From: a virus
DNA length: 64,000 nt
Strand: one strand, 5' to 3'
Virus record (IMG/VR): IMGVR_UViG_3300028569_000019
Location: 32,780-96,779 of that record
Position 1 is the stretch's first letter, and each line of letters begins with the position of its first letter. Both the position numbers and the translations under genes were made by a program. The notes below the pieces were generated by a model, which did not search any database, was not told the origin of the DNA, and saw only the letters and a program-made list of their open reading frames with translations. Of this stretch, positions 48,833 to 56,656 are shown piece after piece.

Positions 48833-50659
48833 ATGAGTATGGATGTAAAAAGTCTATTGACAAACAATATGAATCCACAAGCCAAATTGATGGCTGAAAC
48901 ACGTGGACTACAATCAAAATGGGAAAAGACAGGCCTTCTAGAAGGTTGCGCTGGTGTCGAAAAGGCACATATGTCAATCCTATTGGAAAACCAAGCAAAG
49001 CAATTGCTTGACGAAGCAACCACAACTGGTACCTCCACCAGTTCTGAACAATGGGCTGGCGTAGCTCTTCCATTGGTTCGTCGTGTGTTCGCTGAAATCG
49101 CTGCGAAGGAATTCGTAAGCGTTCAACCAATGAACCTACCATCAGGTCTAATTTTCTATCTAGACTTCAAGTATGGTACAAACGCTCCTGGTCAAGATTT
49201 GCGTAACTTGAACAACGGTAGTTCTGTAACTACCCGTGCTGGTAAGCAATTGAACGATAGTTTGTTCGGTGGTACAGGCAAGAAGTTGGGTTCTACCGAT
49301 GACGCTGTACGTGGTCTATACGGACAAGGCGCTTTCGCATATTCCGTTCGTCCAGTAAGTAGCTCTGTTATTACTTTGACAAAAACTGCCGGTACAACTG
49401 CAATTGGTAATACAATTCAAACTGCTTCTTGGAACGACGTACAATTTGCTGCTGAATTGAGTGCTTCCGTAGTAGCCAAGAAATTGTTCAAGGTTATCTT
49501 GAACCACGACGACAATACTACTCCTGTAGTCGGTCAAGGATATATGTACAACGTTGATTTGAATGCAGTACGTTCATTCAACTTGATCTCAGGTTCAACC
49601 GCACCAACTTCTCTAAGAAGTAATGGTTTGGTATTGAATACCTACACCAAAGCAATCAACACTGGTAGTTTGAGCAATCCATTCTATCAATCCGTATATA
49701 TCGTATCCGCTTCTAACAGCGCATTCGGTGGCGCAGCAAGCAACGTTAAGTTGATCTACAGTCTACAACCTACCGATAACCTACGTGGTGACTTCGAAGC
49801 TGGTAAGACCCCAGGTGAAGGTTCTGGTACCTCTGGTAACGTTGCTACACAAAGCATCGATACTGATATCAGTATTCCTGAAGTAAACTTGGTACTAAAC
49901 AGCGAACCAATCGTTGCTAAGACCCGTAAGTTAAAGGCAGTCTGGACCCCAGAATTGGCCCAAGACTTGAACGCATATCACTCCATCGATGCAGAAGCAG
50001 AATTGACTGCTCTATTGAGTGAATACGTATCTATGGAAATCGATCTAGAAATCCTAGAAATGTTGAACGAAGCCGTTCAAGGTATAACTACCGAAGCTTG
50101 GTCCGCCCAAATCGGTGTTGAATTCAGCAAGAGCATCAACGCAAACAATGGTGAAGCAATCTTCACACGTAATGCAAACGCTTCACCAAATCGTACTGCT
50201 TACGTAAAGAGCACTTGGTTCCAAACCCTTGGAAACAAGATTCAAAAGGTATCTAACACAATCCAAAAATTGACCCTACGTGGTGGTGCTAACTTCTTGG
50301 TCGTAAGTCCAGACGTAGCAACCATCTTGGAATCAATTCCAGGATATGTAGTAAACACTGACGGTGATCAAGCTAAGTTCGCAATGGGCGTTGCAAGAGT
50401 TGGTAGCTTCGCAAGTCGCTTCCAAGTTTATAAGAACCCATATATGACCGATAACGTTGTATTGGTTGGTTTCCGTGGAAATAACTTCCTAGAAACCGGT
50501 GCTGTATATGCTCCATATATCCCACTAATCCAAACTCCATTGGTCTATGATCCAGTGAACTTCACTCCACGTAGAGGTGTAATGACCCGCTACGCTAAGA
50601 AGGTCGTCAGACCCGAATTTTATGGAAAAGTTATTATCGGTGATCTCGATACCGTATAA
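48833..50659 (+). CDS. gp23: Major capsid protein
   Basis: KWEKTGLLEG, LLENQ, VQPMNLPSGLIF, KTRKLKAVWTPELAQDL, YAPYIPL and GVMTRY motifs. Confidence 0.97.
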   Translation: MSMDVKSLLTNNMNPQAKLMAETRGLQSKWEKTGLLEGCAGVEKAHMSILLENQAKQLLDEATTTGTSTSSEQWAGVALPLVRRVFAEIAAKEFVSVQPMNLPSGLIFYLDFKYGTNAPGQDLRNLNNGSSVTTRAGKQLNDSLFGGTGKKLGSTDDAVRGLYGQGAFAYSVRPVSSSVITLTKTAGTTAIGNTIQTASWNDVQFAAELSASVVAKKLFKVILNHDDNTTPVVGQGYMYNVDLNAVRSFNLISGSTAPTSLRSNGLVLNTYTKAINTGSLSNPFYQSVYIVSASNSAFGGAASNVKLIYSLQPTDNLRGDFEAGKTPGEGSGTSGNVATQSIDTDISIPEVNLVLNSEPIVAKTRKLKAVWTPELAQDLNAYHSIDAEAELTALLSEYVSMEIDLEILEMLNEAVQGITTEAWSAQIGVEFSKSINANNGEAIFTRNANASPNRTAYVKSTWFQTLGNKIQKVSNTIQKLTLRGGANFLVVSPDVATILESIPGYVVNTDGDQAKFAMGVARVGSFASRFQVYKNPYMTDNVVLVGFRGNNFLETGAVYAPYIPLIQTPLVYDPVNFTPRRGVMTRYAKKVVRPEFYGKVIIGDLDTV

Positions 50660-50683
50660 TACTTAATAGAAATAAAATAACTC

Positions 50684-50712
50684 AAAAACCCCAACGAAAG
50701 TTGGGGTTTTTT
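50684..50712 (+). terminator. Rho-independent terminator
   Basis: AAAAACCCCAAC-GAAA-GTTGGGGTTTTTT after the capsid gene. Confidence 0.92.
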
Positions 50713-50732
50713 CTTGCACTAATAAAAAATAA

Positions 50733-50761
50733 TTGACATTACCATAGAACTCGTATATACT
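50733..50761 (+). promoter_or_regulatory. Sigma70-type promoter TTGACA-17-TATACT
   Basis: Near-consensus; ends 8 nt before the ATG of the GIY-YIG gene. Confidence 0.8.
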
Positions 50762-50769
50762 TATATTAT

Positions 50770-51507
50770 ATGAAGAGTGGCATCTATAAAATAACAAATC
50801 TTAAGAATGGTAAGTTTTATATCGGTTCATCTAAGGATATAGAGTTTAGATGGAGTGAACATAAAAAACATTTAAATGGCAATTATCATATTAATAAAAA
50901 ATTACAAAATGCTTGGAGTTTTTATGGTAAAGAACATTTTGAATTTACAATAATCGAAATTATAAATGAATGTGATTTATTAGTTAAAGAACAGTTTTAT
51001 TTAAATATGTTTAAACCACATATGAAAGAAATTGGTTACAATATAAATCCCAGTGCATATGGCGGGGACACAATTACACATAATCCCAATAAAGAACAAA
51101 TTATTAAAAATATGACTGTTGCAAATAATGTCGGTCATATGCACGGTAAAAAACATAGTGATGAGGCTAAAGAAAGGCAACGTGAACGTGCTGTAGGGCG
51201 TTATACTTTGGAGTGGTTTGTTGACAAGTATGGCGTTGAGAGTGGTACACTTAAGTACAAAGAGAGAAATGAGAAGTTGGCCAATCGTAATATTAATTAC
51301 AGTTATGACAATGGATTAAAAGGCAAAAAGCGTGGTGCTATGAGTGATGATATGAAACGTAAGATTAGTGAACAAAAGAGAAATTTTGCGCTTAGAAAGA
51401 ATGAATTTATTGACGATTTAAAGAGTGGTAGTTTTAGCAACAACGAATTAAGTGAGAAGTATGGAGTATCATTAACCACAATTAAATTACATAAAAGAAA
51501 ATATTAA
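50770..51507 (+). CDS. GIY-YIG homing endonuclease
   Basis: SGIYKITN..FYIGSS, GYNI, NUMOD3 HGKKHSDEAK and a C-terminal HTH. Confidence 0.92.
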   Translation: MKSGIYKITNLKNGKFYIGSSKDIEFRWSEHKKHLNGNYHINKKLQNAWSFYGKEHFEFTIIEIINECDLLVKEQFYLNMFKPHMKEIGYNINPSAYGGDTITHNPNKEQIIKNMTVANNVGHMHGKKHSDEAKERQRERAVGRYTLEWFVDKYGVESGTLKYKERNEKLANRNINYSYDNGLKGKKRGAMSDDMKRKISEQKRNFALRKNEFIDDLKSGSFSNNELSEKYGVSLTTIKLHKRKY

Positions 51508-52281
51508 TTATTCGAAAAATTCGTTGGTAGATGTTACAACGATTTCTTGCACTTCTTCTTTGAACGAAGTATCTTTGGGGTAAGGTAGAATTTTATGTTT
51601 TAGAGATTTAACCAGTTTTTTATTTTCTATCTTGTTGCTAATAAACTTGACGTAACGATGTTTACCACTTTCACGTTTACGCCAAAATGTTCTACCAATA
51701 CGTTCTTTTAATTTATCTACACTGTGTGTTTTCCATCTAGCATATACACTTCTACTATGTATCCACTCATATTGATTCGGACCAATTAAACTAACACTAT
51801 AGTTAGGCATTATTGCTATATCCACATAGTTGTCTCCTTGATATAGAAATCCAGTTGCTTGATATATTGTTCCAGCGTGTCCAGCTTCACTATCTGCATA
51901 ACTAAGAATACATTTAATGTGTGGATATTCTCTGTTTAATAGTCTAAAACTTTCAGCTATACAATAACTCTCTATATTTTTACCATAACCATCTGCAATC
52001 CACAACCGTGTTAATTCCAACACATTATTGTTAGTAAGTAGACAAGATATGCTGGTACTTGAATTTCTACCCACGGCATTTCCATATACTAATACACCTA
52101 TCAGGCGTTCGTTAAATCCCCCAAAGAAAGTACTTTCGATATACTCTTTGTAATAAACTCCATAAGCTACAGTACAAAGTGACCACTTGTGAGTATAGTG
52201 GTTCTTTTCAATAAGAGTTTTTGCAACATTCTTATTGATGCTTTTGAGGTAAATTAATGAGGGGTTAAAATACTCCGACAT
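51508..52281 (-). CDS. Mom-like (GNAT-fold) DNA base modification protein
   Basis: IEKNHY, LELTRLW, ESYCIA and ILSYADSEAGHAGTIYQATGFLYQG motifs. Confidence 0.8.
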   Translation of the reverse strand: MSEYFNPSLIYLKSINKNVAKTLIEKNHYTHKWSLCTVAYGVYYKEYIESTFFGGFNERLIGVLVYGNAVGRNSSTSISCLLTNNNVLELTRLWIADGYGKNIESYCIAESFRLLNREYPHIKCILSYADSEAGHAGTIYQATGFLYQGDNYVDIAIMPNYSVSLIGPNQYEWIHSRSVYARWKTHSVDKLKERIGRTFWRKRESGKHRYVKFISNKIENKKLVKSLKHKILPYPKDTSFKEEVQEIVVTSTNEFFE

Positions 52282-52287
52282 TATTTC

Positions 52288-52315
52288 ATTATAACAATAT
52301 AACTCTACCTGTCAA
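52288..52315 (-). promoter_or_regulatory. Sigma70-type promoter TTGACA-16-TATAAT
   Basis: Perfect hexamers on the minus strand, 6 nt before the Mom-like ATG. Confidence 0.8.
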
Positions 52316-52318
52316 GAT

Positions 52319-52531
52319 TTATATTATGTAAAAAAGACCCTTGGAATTATAAACCACTGTTTTTATTTTAGTTGGGTTAATTTGATTTATACCAAGTCTA
52401 TCAATTACCTGATATGGATCTGGATGATTATTTATAGGCGCAGCCATTACTCTATCTTTTATCTTATATACATCCAAATCTGTGTTAACAATACTTGGAT
52501 GATATTGTCTTACCAAAGGCATTACTCTCAT
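52319..52531 (-). CDS. Small hypothetical protein
   Basis: ATGA overlap with the cyclase stop codon. Confidence 0.55.
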   Translation of the reverse strand: MRVMPLVRQYHPSIVNTDLDVYKIKDRVMAAPINNHPDPYQVIDRLGINQINPTKIKTVVYNSKGLFYII

Positions 52532-54306
52532 ACTGGTTTATTTATTGTTGGTTCTGCTTTTGTTACTCTGCTTGATGGAAATGCTTTGTTACCAAAGTCA
52601 CTACCGTGTAAACTATACAAGTGCATCACCACACCGTGTTTTACAACCACATCGCCTAAATCATTCACTAATACATACGCGGGTCTATCATATTTTAACA
52701 TTACAGCTGAACTAACCAATAAATGATTACTTTCACCCGCATCCATTACTCTTTGAGCATAATTGATGCCGTCGCCACTTATATTTAAATTGCCATTGAT
52801 GTCTTCCATTGGGATTACAGAACCACAATGTACACCCATTCTCATTTGTAAGTCTGGTCTATCTTTTACTGCTTTAGCTATAGCAACCGCACAATTCATT
52901 GCGTCTTCTGAGTATGTAAAGAAACCCATTACCATACCATCACCAGTAGGTAATATGATTAACTTTTCAAGAGCATTAGCTGTCTTATATTGCATTGTAC
53001 CTTTAATCAAAGTACCCAAATCTTTACAAGCTTTCTTTTGTTCATCGGTAGTCTTTTTACTATAAGCTACAATATCCATAAAGAATATATAACCTTCTTG
53101 TTCTGTATCCAATTGTAATCTACCTGATTTCACTTCCACATCAACCTTTTCAACCTTCTTGACAATAGATTTTACAGGCTTTGGAACTTCAACCTTCTTT
53201 TTTTCTTCTTTCTTTTCTACAACCGGCATATTCTTTAACTTCAAGAAGTCCTTCCAGTTAATCTTCTTTACAGGAGCATCTTTCTTTTTTGGTTCTTTTG
53301 CTGCTTGTTCTTCTTCTATCTTTTTAATAGCAGCTTCTTCTCTTTCACGTTTTTCAATAAACAAAGCTATTTGTTTTTTGACTTCATCTGTAATATAAAT
53401 GGTCACATCTTTACCGCCACCACCTGTATCGTGTTTCTTCTTTCTTTGAGCACCTTTGGATTGTAAATAACTTTGCATTTCTACATTTCCAGTCTTGAAT
53501 GCGATATCTAACGGAGCAATTTCACCCTTGAAATCCGCACCATTAACGTTTGCTCCCAAATGTACCAAAAACTCCACCATATCAACATCGTTAGCGTTAA
53601 CGGCATAATGTAATGGCATCCAACCGTTCTTTTCATCTCTACCGTTGATTCTACCATCTTTATCAAAGAATCCTTGTACACCCTCAAAATCACCAGTTTC
53701 TGCGCAGAAATGAATACTTATACCCCCGGCGGATTTAGCACCGTAATTGTTTAGTATTTTAACAATTTCGCCTCTATTTGTATTGGACAATACATCAATT
53801 GGATTGTTTTTACCCAAGAAATCTTTCTTGTTGATATCTGCACCTTTAATAATTAGATATTCAACCAAGTGTTTTTGTCCGTAATTAACGGCATAATGTA
53901 GTGCAGTCCAACCTTTACCCGCATCAACTTCGTTGATATCACATCCTTTATCTAACATTTCTTCAATAGAAACGATGTCACCATTCTTTGCAGCCAAGTG
54001 GAAACTACTACCACTGCTGTATTTAGCACCTCTTTGTTGTAGTACTTCTACAATAGGTTTAAAACCCTTTTGTTCGGCTACATCTAATGCGGTATTTTTG
54101 CTTGTCCAATCTTTTACATTTGGATCAGCTCCGTGATTTAATAATAATCGAACTATTTCTATTTGATTTTCTTCTACAGCGACAACCAGAGGCGGATTAC
54201 CTGTGTCGTCGTCTCTTTGATTAACGTCCACTTTTTCTTTTTCTATACAATTGTAAACGTTATCGTATAGACCCCTTCTAATATGGGTAAAAATATTGAT
54301 GGCCAT
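52528..54306 (-). CDS. Ankyrin-repeat / class III nucleotidyl cyclase fusion
   Basis: About 9 ANK repeats (GWTALHYAV, GWMPLHYAV); FMDIVAYS, TGDG, RMGVHCG and GINYAQRVM cyclase motifs. Confidence 0.88.
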   Translation of the reverse strand: MAINIFTHIRRGLYDNVYNCIEKEKVDVNQRDDDTGNPPLVVAVEENQIEIVRLLLNHGADPNVKDWTSKNTALDVAEQKGFKPIVEVLQQRGAKYSSGSSFHLAAKNGDIVSIEEMLDKGCDINEVDAGKGWTALHYAVNYGQKHLVEYLIIKGADINKKDFLGKNNPIDVLSNTNRGEIVKILNNYGAKSAGGISIHFCAETGDFEGVQGFFDKDGRINGRDEKNGWMPLHYAVNANDVDMVEFLVHLGANVNGADFKGEIAPLDIAFKTGNVEMQSYLQSKGAQRKKKHDTGGGGKDVTIYITDEVKKQIALFIEKREREEAAIKKIEEEQAAKEPKKKDAPVKKINWKDFLKLKNMPVVEKKEEKKKVEVPKPVKSIVKKVEKVDVEVKSGRLQLDTEQEGYIFFMDIVAYSKKTTDEQKKACKDLGTLIKGTMQYKTANALEKLIILPTGDGMVMGFFTYSEDAMNCAVAIAKAVKDRPDLQMRMGVHCGSVIPMEDINGNLNISGDGINYAQRVMDAGESNHLLVSSAVMLKYDRPAYVLVNDLGDVVVKHGVVMHLYSLHGSDFGNKAFPSSRVTKAEPTINKPV

Positions 54307-54323
54307 ATGTTTGCAGTGTTGAA

Positions 54324-54701
54324 TTAGTCTTTTTTAAAACGACTTAAATCCAAATTAGGTAGTGGTTTTTCTATATTTAGACTTGCCAATCTTTCATTTT
54401 GAACCACTAATTTGTTGCCACTAACAACCTTACCATCGACAATATCATAGATAAAGAATACAGTTTTGGTAAGTCCTACACGAATAATTCTGCCTGGTTT
54501 ACCATCGACGTATACAACGTCATCTTCTTTATAATCGGAGCCAATAAACATAAACAGCGCAGCTGCAAGTTTTTCTATGCTCGATTTAAACATTAAAATT
54601 ATCAAGCCTGCTAAGAACATCCAGACATATTTGCCTGTCATATCTTGTGCGGTTGATTCCAATACCTGTTGAGATATTACGTGTGCTGTATTTGTGTCCA
54701 T
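54324..54701 (-). CDS. Minimal MscS-like membrane protein
   Basis: TM helix, then SSIEKLAAALF..YKEDDVVYVDGKPGRIIRVGLTKT..LVVQN (MscS TM3 plus beta domain pattern). Confidence 0.65.
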   Translation of the reverse strand: MDTNTAHVISQQVLESTAQDMTGKYVWMFLAGLIILMFKSSIEKLAAALFMFIGSDYKEDDVVYVDGKPGRIIRVGLTKTVFFIYDIVDGKVVSGNKLVVQNERLASLNIEKPLPNLDLSRFKKD

Positions 54702-54776
54702 AATCGTATTTAGTTTATTAACATATAACGTTAGTTAACAATCCAAAACAATTATATAATAAATATATTTAATAAT

Positions 54777-55742
54777 TTACTTAATCCACTTTTGTTCTTT
54801 TAGTATATCATCGATCAATTCTTTTTCAGAACTGTCCATTTCCTTATCAAATCTCTTTAATACTTCGGTTAATGGATATACTCTATCAGGAGACTCTTTT
54901 TGCTTTTCTTTTAATTCTTGGATTACATCGACTATTTTGACAAGAGGAGATTTAAATTCATTAACTTTGTCTTTTGAAGCAAAGTTAGACATTTCAAATG
55001 CATGTGGAGTTAATGCTTTTACCAAACTTAATAGTCCGGATCCAATCATATTGAATATACTAAATGCTGCACCGGCGGCTGGATGTACTGTTGCTAATAT
55101 TCTAAGTATAACAAATACTATAACGAATACGATAATAGCGGTCAATGCACTGATAAAGAACTTCTTTAAACCCCAAAATACCGCATTTAATCCAAACATA
55201 CCACTCATAGCATCAAGAGTAGCCTTACTTTGATCAGCTTCTTTTGCAATTTCTTTTGCTTTATCAGTCATTTGCCACAATTCATCGTCATACTTTTCTT
55301 TCAAAGCAGACTTTTCTTTTTGTAGTTTGTTGATGATTTCGTCACGTTGTGACAATAACTGATCACCTTTCTTTCTTTCTTCAGCAACTTGACTATTCAA
55401 TAGATCAACGGTAGCTTTAATACGTTTGATTTCATCTATATGAGGTGACCCAACTATAGAAATGACACGTTCATTTAGTGCTTTAGCAGTGTCAACTTGT
55501 ACAGGCGCATTTGTTACTTGACTCAATGAGTGTTGAATACCTATGGATAAAGATGAAGTTTGTACCCGTTTACCTTTTTCTACTTTTTCCAATTCTACCA
55601 TTGTATTATCTACTTTGGCTTCCTGTTTAGCAACCGCATCTTGTGACGTTGTAACTTGCTTTGCTGGTTTAACTTCGGAGGAAATGCAACCAGTTAGTAT
55701 TAGAATCACGATTGTATAATACAGTTGTTTTTTATAGTTCAT
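54777..55742 (-). CDS. Lipoprotein with coiled coil and C-proximal TM segment(s)
   Basis: Lipobox ILTG-C, long heptad region and hydrophobic FFISALTAIIVFVIVFVILRIL. Confidence 0.7.
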   Translation of the reverse strand: MNYKKQLYYTIVILILTGCISSEVKPAKQVTTSQDAVAKQEAKVDNTMVELEKVEKGKRVQTSSLSIGIQHSLSQVTNAPVQVDTAKALNERVISIVGSPHIDEIKRIKATVDLLNSQVAEERKKGDQLLSQRDEIINKLQKEKSALKEKYDDELWQMTDKAKEIAKEADQSKATLDAMSGMFGLNAVFWGLKKFFISALTAIIVFVIVFVILRILATVHPAAGAAFSIFNMIGSGLLSLVKALTPHAFEMSNFASKDKVNEFKSPLVKIVDVIQELKEKQKESPDRVYPLTEVLKRFDKEMDSSEKELIDDILKEQKWIK

Positions 55743-55787
55743 ATAATATAAATATTACTTTTTATAATTAAACCAATATTTATCAAT

Positions 55788-56390
55788 ATGATTAAATTAG
55801 GTGATTTGATGGACAATCAAGAGTTATGTAGTATGGCTCTTATCCAAAACGTGGTTATAAGCACAAATCTCAAGTATCATCTTGAAAAACAAATACCACT
55901 AAGTGAAAACATTTTTAGAACTTATAGCGATAGTTACTTTGAGTTGTTGGAAGAAGTTCGTACTTTATATTTCCAGAACCAAATTGAATTATGTGATTCG
56001 GACGCTGAATTGGTGGAAAGTGATCTTGGTAAGAAAGAACTCTTCGAAGGTAGAGAAGTTTATTTGGATGCACCTATTGAAGTAGAAGAAGATCTACTAA
56101 TGGAACTTAAGCATAGAGGACGTACCGTTAATTTAAGCAGACCATTTAGAACTCCAGGCGGTCCTAAAAAGTATGCTGTATATGTTAAATCCAAGAATGG
56201 CAAAGTTAAAAAAGTAACATTTGGAGATCCAAATATGAGAAGTAGAGCTAGTAGCAAGGCTCGTCGTAAGAGTTTTGCAGCTAGACACAGATGTAGTCAA
56301 AAGAAAGATCGAACAACCGCTGGATACTGGAGTTGCAGAAGTCATAGAATGAGATCACTAGGCAATAAAGGTAAAGGTAAATACTGGTAA
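55788..56390 (+). CDS. Conserved phage protein with a basic C-terminal domain (DUF6321-like)
   Basis: KKYAVYVK..GKVKKVTFGDPNM...RRKSFAARHRC...AGYWSC; acidic N-terminal half ending LLME. Confidence 0.6.
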   Translation: MIKLGDLMDNQELCSMALIQNVVISTNLKYHLEKQIPLSENIFRTYSDSYFELLEEVRTLYFQNQIELCDSDAELVESDLGKKELFEGREVYLDAPIEVEEDLLMELKHRGRTVNLSRPFRTPGGPKKYAVYVKSKNGKVKKVTFGDPNMRSRASSKARRKSFAARHRCSQKKDRTTAGYWSCRSHRMRSLGNKGKGKYW

Positions 56391-56656
56391 TGAGTCTACC
56401 GTTTATAGAAAACTCACTGGGCAACAATCAGTATATAAGAGAATTTAGTTCTGATGTAGATACGCACGAACTGGAATGGCATATAGATCGTGAAGACAGA
56501 ACAGTTGAAGTTATAGAAAATAACAATTGGCACTTTCAATTAGATAATAATTTACCACAATTGCTTAAAGAAACAATATTTATACCAAAAGAAACATACC
56601 ACCGTGTAATAAAAGGCACGGGCAATCTAAAAGTAAGAATAACAAAACACATATGA
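56390..56656 (+). CDS. Small cupin-like protein
   Basis: EWHIDREDR...IFIPKETYHRVIKG. Confidence 0.6.
   Translation: MSLPFIENSLGNNQYIREFSSDVDTHELEWHIDREDRTVEVIENNNWHFQLDNNLPQLLKETIFIPKETYHRVIKGTGNLKVRITKHI

Noticed and set aside
47675-49537. Several short minus-strand ORFs over the scaffold and capsid genes
   Set aside because: Antisense to strongly biased, highly conserved genes, with no independent signals
52528-54306. Secreted ankyrin protein modulating eukaryotic immunity
   Set aside because: No signal peptide and fused to a cytoplasmic cyclase; nothing in the window points to a eukaryotic association
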